Positions 52,841-63,810 are shown, counted from the first letter of the stretch. The stretch is DNA of 64,000 nt from Spirogloea muscicola (GCA_009602725.1 WELB01000006.1:1069035-1133034); one strand, 5' to 3'. The notes: generated by a model from the letters alone, not told the origin. Program-made: numbers and translations.

Positions 52841-53514
52841 CTCGTAAATATTGTGCTTCTTCTTGTCGAGCAAGGTGTTGAGCAAGGGATCAGTGGTCAA
52901 GGTGGGGCTGCTCCGCACCGCCTCGTCAAGGCGCCCAACCTCCCATGACACTAGCGCACTCTTGTATCTACTCTTGAATGACGCGATGATGCCTGCGTCT
53001 AAAGGCTGTATTTTGCTTGTTGTGTTGGCAGGGAGGAACACAATCGTGAGGTTTGATAGGAGCGCGGCCCTCAATCCATGCAAGTCAATCATCTCCAACT
53101 CGAGGGTGTGGCTTCCAGCGTTGTCCACAAATAGAAGGACGTTTCGCTGACGTTCTGCCACTTCCGAATTCATGTGACGCAGCCACTCTCTGAATATCTG
53201 CATGGACACATCGTCACATATAAGTGCGCATGACAACAGGCTGGACTGGAGTGCGCACTTCAAGGTGCCAAATGATCGACAGCATGAATCACTTTCGATT
53301 GAATCACATGGATGAAAACTCACTTGCCCTGTCATCCAGGCTGATGCATTGTGCCGATAGAAGAGTAGCAAATGCGGGTCAAAGCCAGGAGGAAAACTCC
53401 TGGGTCGCTTCGCCTTCGTAATAATAACAGGCTTCAGACGGTCATTCCCAGTCACATTGGTACAAAAACCAATTGTGAATCTCTCCTTCTCTACCTTGGT
53501 ACCTTGGACCGGTC
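52841..53514 (-). mobile_element. pogo/Tigger-superfamily (DDE_1) transposase remnant with introns
   Basis: GTKVEKERFTIGFCTNVTGNDRLKPVII...AWMTGQ|IFREWL...VLLFVDNAGSH...FLPANTTSKIQPLDAGIIASFKSRYK. Intron 53198-53323; no HTH domain or first catalytic Asp visible. Confidence 0.88.
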
Positions 53515-53803
53515 CTGCACAACGTCCAGGTACATGTATGCCGATGTTAGATTTACCTCAAGAGTTTTCTTTAGCAATCCAATATCAGCTATATCCATTG
53601 CCATTCCAAAGCTCAAAGCCCTGTCTCACTAGAACCTGTTGTGAGAAGTCTATGAGACTCTTGCTCTTGCTAGTTCTTATGATCTAGGTTCTAGGACTGT
53701 GTGTGGAGCCGCGCGGTACCACCTCCATGTGCGCATTATGAGGCCCACACACAGTGGAGTGTCGGCGGGGTACTGAGGGGCTCAGGGTTTATCCCTGAGC
53801 TAG

Positions 53804-53858
53804 AAGAAAGTGCTCGCCCATTGAGAATAGGGGCTGGAACAACCAGCCCGAAAAAGAA
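53804..53858 (-). mobile_element. 55-bp retro-insertion of the CRE-like 3' stem-loop flanked by an 18-bp TSD
   Basis: ggtttatccctgagctag at 53786-53803 and 53859-53876 flanks the reverse complement of ttctttttcgggctggttgttccagcccctattctcaatgggcgagcactttctt. Confidence 0.9.
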
Positions 53859-54315
53859 GGTTTATCCCTGAGCTAGGGAGTCCGGTGGTCCCAGCGGTTG
53901 GTGGGTCGATTGGATAACCACCGTTGGGGTTAGCGCCGACCCTTGAGACCCAGGCTGGTGGCGCTAGGCCGAACCGCCGGGTTCAGGGTTTGAGGGGCTG
54001 GAGGGACTTGCCCCCTTGCACTCACTTGGGCGTACGCCACCGATCCCCGCCGGCCCAGCAGAGCGCACTGCAAGGCGGCAGCACGGGGGTCGCGTAGTGA
54101 GGTTGCCAGCAGCAGCCACAGCGGCAGCAGCGGCAGCGGAGGCGGCAGCGGCTCCACACGGGAGCCGCAGCAAATCCCCGCAAGGCGTGACAGTGGCGGC
54201 TGCGGCTTGCAGCAATTCCCTGTGCGCTTCGTCTTTGAACCTCATCAGAGATGGCAGAGAGCAAAGTCTTTCAGAACCCAACACAGACTCTCCCAATCTC
54301 CCGCAGTCAGCAGCC

Positions 54316-55543
54316 ATGGCTCGCCTCGCCATCGCCATCGTTGTCCTGGCCTTCGCCACCGCGGCGGTTGCCACTTGCTCCCCATCCAATGCCATCTACT
54401 TCGGAGGTGCCACCTCCGTGCAGGGGCTTGAGAACCAGGTCCTCAGGTCCTACGGCACCTATGGCTGCTACGGCGCGACTGGGTGAGTCAGCTCAAACCT
54501 TGCCTCCAAGCAGATATTGTGGAGGAAGGCTTGACTTCGACCGAGTGGTTGTAGCCTGCTGTTGACCCTCAGCTGAGGGCCTGACTTCCACAGTAGTAAC
54601 CATGGGCGGTCTACACACGGCTGAAGTTCATGCATGAGCTGCTCACGAACGACCTCCACCTCCGTGGCACTGCGGCACCACTGACTGGCCATGGCCACAC
54701 TTGTTCTGCTGGCAGTTCCGGCGCGCTGGCTACGCCAACTTCAAGACCAACGACTACAAGGTGGCCGCGTCCGATGCTGCCATGACCACCTCTCAGGAGT
54801 CCGGCCTGGGCTTCAGCAAGCTGACCGTCCCCCAGGGCCTCCAGGCCTACTCCATGCTCTACAACGGCGCCACTCAGCTCACCCTTTCCTGCCAGAGCCT
54901 GGCTGACCTCTACTCCGGCTTCTCCACCTCCATCGGCAGCGGTGCCATCACCATCCCCGTGGCCCGCTCCGACTCCTCGGGCACCTCGTTCGTCTTCTCC
55001 TCCTACCTGAACCTGTGCACCGCCGGTGGTGCGCGCCCGTGGCCCGCGAGCAAGGTCGGTGAGGTGGTGGCCTGGGGCTCCCCCCGCCTGGTGACCGCCG
55101 CCGGCTCCAGCGGCGTGGCTTCCTACGTCTTCTCCCACCCCGGTTCCATCTGCTACTTGGGCAACCCCGTGGCCGTCACCTTCGTGACCGGCAACGTCCG
55201 CATTGCTGCCACCAACAACAAGGCCGGGCAGAACTACAAGGGCAACTCCTGCTCCGTGACTGGCGCCATCCCCGTCTCCCTGCCCTCCGCCACCGCCACC
55301 TGGTCCGGCGTGAACACCATCTTCCAGCCGGGGTCAGGCGTGTGCCCGATGGTCTCCTTCGTGTACATCTGGGCTCGCAAGACCTACCCCACCGGCTCCA
55401 CTCCCAACGCTGCCGCAACCAAGGCTTTCCTCAACTTCATGTTCTCTTCCAGCGGCCAGGGCCTTCTTGCTCCCCTCAACTTCGTCCCAGATCCCAGCAG
55501 CCTGCTCACTCAGAACAGGAACGCAGTTGCTACCATTGCGTAA
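54316..55543 (+). CDS. pstS: Secreted PstS-like periplasmic-type phosphate-binding protein (2 exons; apparent 2-nt frameshift, so possibly a pseudogene)
   Basis: Signal peptide MARLAIAIVVLAFATAAVA; GGATS; YGATG|SG; VAASDA; ARSDSSGTSFVFSSYL; GSSGVASYVFSHPGSICY; CPMVSFVYIW; AFLNFMFSSSGQ..LNFVP correspond to PstS motifs. Intron 54483-54715 (gtgagt...ggcag). Confidence 0.85.
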
Positions 55544-55669
55544 AATCACAAAATTTTAGTAACTGTAAAACATGACAATTGTTTCAGTTTACTATACATG
55601 ACTATATACGAGTGCATTGATTGTCAACCCAAATTCCAACCAAGTGTTGTTCATTGTTGTGCGTATGCT

Positions 55670-55930
55670 AATGTTGATCATGCCTGTATGTGCATCATGT
55701 GCTTATGAAAATCTGAAGATTCATCCATAGTCTCGATGAAAGTGGTTCTCATAACTATTAGTTTCACACACCCTTAACATGATATTGTCTGCATCATGTG
55801 GGCAAAATCACACTTGAGTCCAGTTACATGCCATTGTTGATCATTCTTATGTGCTTCTGATCATCTGAAGATTCACTCGTAACCATATTCAAATTCATTT
55901 TCGTAACTATTGTTTTGCACCTTAAACATC
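55670..55930. repeat. AT-rich diverged tandem duplication (~160-bp period)
   Basis: gttgatca...atgtgctt...atctgaagattca...taactatt...cac...aacat occurs twice. Confidence 0.65.
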
Positions 55931-56214
55931 CTCCAGCAAGATTGATTAATTTGCTTGACAAAATTTAGAAAATACCATCACTGCATCTGAAAAGACCGAT
56001 AAAGTCAATCAGACACTGTTTTGCACCTAAAGCAAACATAAGTACATAGCAATGTTTCCAAATAATATTCTGAATCTGTTCAAGACACCTGAAACATCTG
56101 TTACATATTTCACGTATTACCCTAACGCTTGTCTCATATTAGTATGTTAACCAACTTCACATGGTGATTCACCTAGCTTCGCAAACTATTATCTTGATCG
56201 AAAAGAAGACTTCG

Positions 56215-56290
56215 TTCCTGGCTGTTCATTCCTTTTCTGGGCTGGCTGTTCCAGCCCATATCCTCAATGGCCGAGCCCTTCCTCCTTCTC
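56215..56290 (+). mobile_element. Isolated CRE-like 3' stem-loop module
   Basis: ctgttcattccttttctgggctggctgttccagcccatatcctcaatggccgagcccttcctccttct. Confidence 0.8.
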
Positions 56291-57450
56291 GACCCGATCG
56301 TTGGAGCACCCGCGCTTGCCCCCCGCGCCGCCGCCGCCGCCGCCGCTGCGGCGGCGTCGGCGGTCCTTTCGCCCCCCGCTGCCGCCAGCTGGCGAGCTGG
56401 CGCCGACGAGCTCATGGCCGCGCCAGGCCCCGGAGCTTCTTCGGGCGCCACGCTCAAGGCCGCGCCAGACCCTGCCCCCCCCCTCCAAGTGCCTCGCCGC
56501 TGCCGAGTTCCCCCGGTCACCCTCGGCTGGGCAGCAGTTCCCCGTACCTGCGCCAGCGGCAGCTGCTCCTCCCGACGCTTCAAGCCCCACGGCGGCGGCC
56601 TCGGGCGCCCCGGCCTCCTCTACCTTGGCGGGAGCCGAGCTCGTCCTCCCCTACCAAGTGCCTCCTGTCTTCACGGGCAGCGACGGCCTGAGTACGAGCG
56701 AGGTTCTGTCCCTTCGGCCACCCAACTCTTGGCGGCCGCGGCACCACCGGCCCTCCTCACCCCCACACCCGGCGCGCTGACCTCGTCGCCAGCGCGCTCG
56801 GCGGGGGGCCTCGGCTCATCGCCGACATTGTCACGACTGACTGCTTTGTTTCCAGCAGCGCCAAACGCTCGTCGGAGGAGGCGGGCTACGCAGTCGGCCA
56901 AGCGGCGGGCGGAAAGGAACGGAAGTACTCGGANNNNNNNNNNNNNNNNNNNNNNNNNNNNNNNNNNNNNNNNNNNNNNNNNNNNNNNNNNNNNNNNNNN
57001 NNNNNNNNNNNNNNNNNNNNNNNNNNNNNNNNNNNNNNNNNNNNNNNNNNNNNNNNNNNNNNNNNNNNNNNNNNNNNNNNNNNNNNNNNNNNNNNNNNNN
57101 NNNNNNNNNNNNNNNNNNNNNNNNNNNNNNNNNNNNNNNNNNNNNNNNNNNNNNNNNNNNNNNNNNNNNNNNNNNNNNNNNNNNNNNNNNNNNNNNNNNN
57201 NNNNNNNNNNNNNNNNNNNNNNNNNNNNNNNNNNNNNNNNNNNNNNNNNNNNNNNNNNNNNNNNNNNNNNNNNNNNNNNNNNNNNNNNNNNNNNNNNNNN
57301 NNNNNNNNNGCCCTCCCTCCTGCCATTGCTGCTTCCTCAACCTCCTCTAGCAGCTCTACAAGTGGTACAGGTCGAGTCGACATGGCCCCCGTCAGCACGG
57401 CTTCCCCCACTCTGTGGCACCTCCGGCCCTCCTAGTAGAGGGCGTCATTT

Positions 57451-57572
57451 CATGTAGCCACATTCTTTGCGCTGCATTCTTTGCACTTTCTGCATTTTCT
57501 GCCTGAACAATGTATTGGCTTGAATTGGCCTAGCTTTAATCTCATGCGCACCGCGCGCCTTCTCTCTTCTTT
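57451..57572 (+). mobile_element. Short dispersed element with CT-rich tail (second copy at 60491-60595)
   Basis: Shared catgtagcc...tgaacaatgtattggcttgaat...caccgcgcgccttctctc. Confidence 0.75.
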
Positions 57573-59984
57573 GTTCACAAGCTCTCTCTAAATGCTCAAA
57601 ACACAAATCACAAATTATTCAATCTCACATGGGATTTGCACATGAAAAGTATCCATAACTCCACAAACCAGAACTCATGTATAAATGTTTCAGAATGATC
57701 ATACTAGCAAACTGTTGAATCTGCTTGAACACCTGACCAGGTTCTCACAATATTGACTTACTTCCAAATCTTATAACTGGAAAATGGTTGAGTAAATATT
57801 CTAAGTCCGTTTAGGGTTTCATATCAGACTTATCATGCAACAAAATCCTACGTAATAATATACTTGCTCACACCAATTTGCTGCGTCAAATTGCTGTCTC
57901 TTGCGTCTTGGTCATGTTAGAACGTTTTCTGTTTCACGAAGTAATGTAACTATTCTGTCAATTCATTCTATACGAGATCGACTACCTTGCAACTTCACCT
58001 GGTTGGGTAAAAGCTGGCGAAGACACCAAGTGAGACAACACTGTTTCTTTACGACACTAACACAGTGCGTTTGTTATGAAACATCCTGGAATACTGTCTC
58101 CCTTTAGTCAAGAATGACAGGTCGTGAGCCAAAGTAGCTGCAATAGTGACTGCAGTTGGTCAAATGTCAACCAGATGTACTTAACATCGTTCCTAAGTAC
58201 ACACGCCCTTTGCCTTGTCTCTCGGTCAGAGAAGAGGGAGTCTCTAGTCAGGACCTGATTATGTATGCACCACGTCTCATATTTCTTAATGATCTCCTGG
58301 CTCTGCTATATGGAGCTTCTTTTCCCCTTGGATAAGCTACTCCAATCTCGTGTGCTACATTCAGTGATGAGAACATCCTTCTTGATTGGACCCTCTGTTT
58401 GGTTTTTGGCCTCTCACAGCCATCGCCTAATTTGGAGAAAGTGTTCCTTTCAATACAGAAAATTGACAATTTGTCATCAAGTGCTCATGTTGGTCGTAGA
58501 TTCTGCCCTTTGGGCCTTGTGTACAGTCTTCTGTGGGCTCGCATTTCCCAGCCCTCGCCCTGTCGGGAAGAGATGGAGCTTGTGGTGAGTGATGGAGGGC
58601 CTGAGTGGCCAAGTACGAAGGCAAGCACATCAACAGATGTTTTACATCACCTGCTGCTAGGCTGAGCCGCTCAATTAACACGAGTCAGCATGTGTAGGGG
58701 AAGCTAAGTGATGCCCGATTATGCCGAACGGCAGATGAGAAGCCCTTCTGCTACCAGCAAAACTTCGACCAACTTTGTGCGAGCCAGCCTGTCCTCACTT
58801 CCCCATTTCACAACTTTGAGATCAAGTCCGGTCCGCTTGCCAACTCCCTCAACGCCCTCAATTTCTCGTTATGCACTCGTCAGAGCATGCATGTCGTAGT
58901 AACTATGACTACCTGTATCAAGGGTAGACCACTTGGTGCCATTGTATTCACCATATGCTAGGTGCCCCCGCCCTTACTGTCTTGTGTTTAGGAGACTCAC
59001 GTGGCAGAAGGTATGGTTTGTAGAGATGCTAAGTACAAGAGATTTATAGAAGCTCCTAAAACAAGGTCTGCAAATACTTGGTTACGGCAGTCTAGTTCGA
59101 TAATAGACATGCCATCTTCTTTGTAATTGTGCTTATTTTAGATGTTTTCGTGGGTTTCGTGATGGCTCTTTGGAGGCGGCATCTCACTAAAGTAGCAGTT
59201 CACGGCACGTAGGGCAATGGCACTCCTGAAGCGTGTCATAGGCAGTAAGCTGACTCCCACTACCAGCTGCTGCAACACACAGAAGCTGACTATCACAAGT
59301 TTCAGACTTCAATTCAGTTCTGCAGTTTTTCCTTGCCTACAAATTTTCCTTGCCCCTGCTCTAGGAGCATACCAGCTCTCGCTACTTCCGCTGGCTCCTC
59401 AACGATACCTCTAAGATACCTAGTCATTCCTTTCTTCCCGACTGCTCAGCTCCCGTAGGCTGCTGCGCCGGCCTGCTATGCAGTTGCTCTTTTACATCAC
59501 TTATGGGCTTGCTCCATGCCACTGCCTCTTGGATGAAAGCTCGCGGATGCCCCACAATCTCATGGATACTGAAAGCGGATATGAAAGAGAAGATAGAGGT
59601 GGAAGAACTGGGAGTAGAGAAGTGAACGATGACTTTACGGGCCAATGCAAGAGATGAGCCACGTCAAGTAAGCAGAGGCTAGTGTGACTGACAGGCCCAG
59701 AGGGGGGCGCCCAGAGAAGTGAGCGGGGTGAAGGCCCAGAGAGGAGAGTCGGGTAATAAGCTGGTGTTCCTGCACGAGGCACTGGTGTGGAAACTGGGCT
59801 CACACAGGAGGCAGTGGCTGTGAGAGCCATGACTTTTCGAAGAATCGTCATTCTCCGTTCTCTTTTGGTGTGGCCTAATCTCTTTAAAAGCAAGGCCCGC
59901 TTGATTACTAGGCTTGCTCTCAGCTCGTGGATGGAGCTACGTTTATCGCTTGTCCTCACAAGCCGCCCAGCTTCGTGCATTAAA

Positions 59985-61490
59985 TTGGAAGAGCCGTTGT
60001 CTTCTCTAGTCCATTATTCATCCTTTCCTTGGGCTGGCCTCTCACAGCATGAAAACCAGCCACCACCCTCTTCTAAATACGCAGACCACCCGGTGGGCGA
60101 CGAGTTTGTTCCCCTTGCAGTCGACGTACACGGGGCCTTCGGCGCAAAGTGGCTCGACTTGCTTCACCGCCTGGCGCAGCAGGCCGCGGCCCGCCGCCAC
60201 GGGCAGCAGGGCGAGCAGCCCGGCTTCAATGTCGCCGGGTCCCTCGCGCAGGTCTTCCGCATGCGGTTGGCCGTCTCGCTTCAGCGGTCCCTTGCGTTCG
60301 CGGTCCACTTGCGCGCCGGCCGAGCTTTGGCGGCGGCCTCCGGCTTCCGTCAGGGCGACGTCTTTCCCCCGGCTAGCTACTCCGACTTGCATCTCCTGAC
60401 TAGAGGTTACTGAGCGTCCTCTGGCTGATGTCTTCGTCCTAGTCCAAAGGCATGGTCTGTAGTGTAGTTCTTTTTCGGCTCCTCTTTCTTCATGTAGCCT
60501 TGTTTAGTTTGCACTAGCCTCTGCTTTGAACAATGTATTGGCTTGAATAAGCCTCCCTTTCAATTTCATGCACCGCGCGCCTTCTCTCTTTCTTTGGCTT
60601 GGGATATTGTCCATTCTTTTTGGGCTGGCTTTGCCAGCCACTCTTCTCTATGGGCGAGCACATCCTTCCTCTCCTGGAAGCGAGCAATTTCTTCTCCGTG
60701 CCACCCCTCCCCTGTTTCGGCCTGTTTGCAGCGTGCTCAGGCTAATGCTTTGCACCAGAAAGCTGGGCGAGCTCTAGTCGGTGGCAGAAGGGCTTCATAT
60801 CTGCCATTTAGTACTCAGGCATCAATTTAGCGACCTTCATATCTTGACCCGTGGTTACTGAGCGGGTCAATCTGCTGTAGCTTATGTAGGTCTTTTGATG
60901 TGCTTGCCTTTGTACTTGGGCATCTGGCCTTCGATTGTTTCCAAGTACTCGAAAATTTCCTTTCCCAGCACCTATTCTCTTGCCTTTGCGGTTCAACTGC
61001 GCGCCGGCCGCGCTTTGGCTGCGGCCTCCGGCTACCGTCAGGGCGACGTCTTTCCGCCGTCTAGCTATTCAGACTTGCATCTTCTGACTAGAGGTTACTG
61101 AGAGTCCCCTTGCTGCTGTCTCAGTACTTAGCACCCAGGATTCTTCTGTCCTTGTCCATTCGTTTTGGGCTGGCCTCTCCCAGCCACCAGTCAATTTGGC
61201 CGCGCTTGCTTTTTATTCTCTATGGCCGCTGGCGGCTGCCTCTGGGTCTCGGCGGAGTGCCTCCTTCCCTGCAACGAGCTACTCCGACCTGATGTTGCTC
61301 ACTCGAGGGTACTGATCTTCCCTAGTGCGTTGTCGTGTTTGGTAGTATAGTCCTTTTGCGGCACCTCTTTCTTTGGCTTTGGACATTGTCCATTCTTGTT
61401 GGGCTGGCTTTGCCAGCCCTCTTCTCTATGGGCGAGCACTTCTCTTCTCTATTCTCTATGGGCGCGCACCACTTCTTTCTTCTCTAGTGA
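59985..61490 (+). mobile_element. Head-to-tail array of 5'-truncated CRE-like copies from several subfamilies
   Basis: KYADHPVGDEFVPLAVDVHGAFG...LLTRGY* (60413); VSACLQRAQANALHQKAGRAL...TRGY* (~60861); TRGY* at 61101 and ~61315; hairpins at ~60031, 60622, 61167 and 61401. Confidence 0.88.
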
Positions 61491-61491
61491 A

Positions 61492-61985
61492 GAATTTTCG
61501 TGTAATTGAAACAAACGAAGGCCAAATGGCCAAGTACAAAGGCAAGCACATCTAAGACCTACATAACCTACAGCAAAAGGACCCGCTCAGTAACCGCGGG
61601 TCAAAACATAAAGGTCGCTAATCTGATGCCTGAATACTAGATGTCAGATAAGAAGCCCTTCTGCCACCAACTAGAGCACGCCCAGCTTTCTGGTGCAAGG
61701 CATTAGCCTGGGCACGCTGCAAACAGGCCGAAACTCGTCGTCGCAAGAAAGACAGATATGCAGCTGGCAAGCACATCTCAGCCGGGAACACATCTGCACG
61801 TCGTGTAGAGCCTAGATTGACAATGTTGTGGAGGAGGGTGTGGAAACGCGGACCCAGACAGCCAAAGGTGTCAACTGCAGCTGGCAGGAGCTGATCGCAC
61901 CGGGGGTAGTCGGAGTAGTGCTGTAGCTTTCTCTGCTCTGCAATGCCCACTGCGTGGCCAGCGATTTGTGTCGATGCTGGAACTC
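61492..61985 (-). mobile_element. 5'-truncated CRE-like subfamily B copy with a 14-bp TSD
   Basis: KLQHYSDYP..LLPAAVDTFGCLG...RRRVSACLQRAQANAL; tcttctctagtgaa at 61478-61491 and 61986-61999. Confidence 0.9.
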
Positions 61986-62630
61986 TCTTCTCTAGTGAAA
62001 GCTACACCGGGCCTGTCACGATTGGTCAGACAGAACGTCAACGGTGCCATACCCTGGTGGCGCGCCTCTCGTCATGCCCGCCGGAACGCCTGCAGAGGCG
62101 GCTCGGTCACGGTGTGAACAGGACCCCCGAGTCGGGAAGGAGCAGTGCGGCCCTCCCCGCGGGGCGCAGCGGGCGGTTGGGGTTTGCCCGGGTCCGTTTC
62201 CAGTGATGTGCTGGGCAGCGCGGCCCCCCCCCTAGTCCAGCCCAGTCCCGTTACCACAGGCAGACTGAGATTGAATATCTCCACCGCCCCGAACCAATTA
62301 CCATTCATTTGACCCGCCCCGGACTCCAACGCCTCCGCCCGCGCCATCTCCGCCGCGCCGTCGCGCCGGCCTCGCCGCGCCGCGCAGCCGCCGCCGGGTG
62401 TGCGCGTCGTCCGCCGGTCTTGCTTCCGTCCGTCTGGCTTTCCAGGCTCTCGTCATTCGTGCCCAGGCTCTGCCAACGGAAACTTGCGCTCCTCGCTCGC
62501 CACTCCCGTGCAGGGCTTCCGAGGGACAGATCTCCCTCTCGGCTACGTCCGCTCGCCGAGCCAGAGCGCGCGCCTGTTGATTTTTCGCTCTCTCCTGCCT
62601 GTGGCGAGTCGTCCAAGTCCTTCGGCCAAG

Positions 62631-63810
62631 ATGAACCCTGAGTACGACTACCTCTTCAAGCTCCTGCTCATCGGAGATTCTGGCGTCGGGAAGTCCTGCC
62701 TCTTGCTGCGGTTTGCGGATGACTCCTACCTCGAGAGCTACATCAGCACCATCGGCGTGGACTTTGTGAGGCTTCTCACTTGTCAAGCATGACTCTCCGG
62801 TGCCCAATGATTGAGCAGCTGTCACTAGTGGACGACTTTTGGCATCGGTCTTATTTCTTGTCACTTGCTGAGGACGAGTCTGCTTTGATGATGACGGACA
62901 GAAAATCCGGACAGTGGAGCTTGACGGCAAGACCATCAAATTGCAGATCGTAAGTGCCATGTGCGAGTGTTTGCTGTGTAGATCTATGCAGATACTATGC
63001 AGTCACCCTCCAGAAGTTGGAAAGTGTGCCTAGCCTAAGGAGGTGCTGTGCTTCAGTGTATAGGACGAACTCGTCACCTAATTGGTCAAGCGTGTGTCCG
63101 TGACAAACCTAATATTGGTCAGGGTCATCCAATGCTCTGGACGTAGAAGATCAGTGTCATCCATCTGGTTGTTCTGCAGTGGGATACTGCTGGACAGGAG
63201 AGGTTTCGGACAATTACGAGCAGTTACTATCGGGGCGCCCACGGAATCATTGTAAGTCTGTAGCTATTTCGTGGTCGTCCAGTCGAGAAGTGCAACTCAC
63301 CTCCTTTGCACGAAGTGAGGTCTTCTTAGGTCAGCGGTACCCGAGGATTGTGGAGGAGTGCTTGATTGTGTGCATCCAAGAAGGATGTGTAGAGCAAGTG
63401 AAAGACAAGTCCTAAGTCTTGCATATTTGAGTCTTCTGCTAGTTGGTCACATGTCTGCAAGTTGCACAGTTAAGCTTTGAAGCATTTGTTTTGTCAATGT
63501 AGCTCATCATTTGCTTGGCCTTATTAAGGGAACAGAATGTATGTGTGATATTAGTCTGTGTAAACGTCTGTATAGATGGTAGAATCATATGGTAGAAAAT
63601 ACATATGCATATATATCTGAGCATCACTGAGTCATGATGCTGGTTGACTTGCAGGTAGTTTATGATGTGACCGATCAGGAAAGCTTCAACAATGTCAAAC
63701 AATGGCTTAATGAGATAGATCGGTATGCAAATGAGAATGTGAACAAGCTCTTGGTTGGTAATAAGAGCGATCTGACTGCCAAGAAGGTGGTTGATTATCA
63801 GACCGCCAAG
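62631..63810 (+). CDS. RABD2: Rab1/RABD2 small GTPase (exons 62631-62765, 62902-62949, 63180-63251, 63655-63810; continues beyond the window)
   Basis: [22 protein letters not shown]...[54 protein letters not shown]...LVGNKSD. Confidence 0.97.

Noticed and set aside
52803..53670. 10-bp inverted repeat (caagagcaag) around the pogo remnant as TIRs
   Set aside because: It is too short, lacks matched TA duplications, and does not enclose a full transposase.
53880..54315. P1BS (GNATATNC) phosphate-starvation element upstream of pstS
   Set aside because: No exact match was seen by eye in the proximal upstream region.
56267..57457. 396-aa ORF
   Set aside because: One third is N gap and the rest is low-complexity GC-rich sequence; it may be retroelement 5' sequence but cannot be supported.
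58000..59980. ORFs of 100-200 aa on both strands
   Set aside because: No recognisable motifs or consistent exon chain; the 59787-60413 ORF is merely open into a retroelement fragment.
50440..61470. Recurrent palindromic GGGCTGG..CCAGCCC units as a CRISPR array or REP elements
   Set aside because: Spacing is irregular, orientation is mixed, there are no cas genes, and each unit is embedded in retroelement 3' UTR context in a eukaryotic genome.
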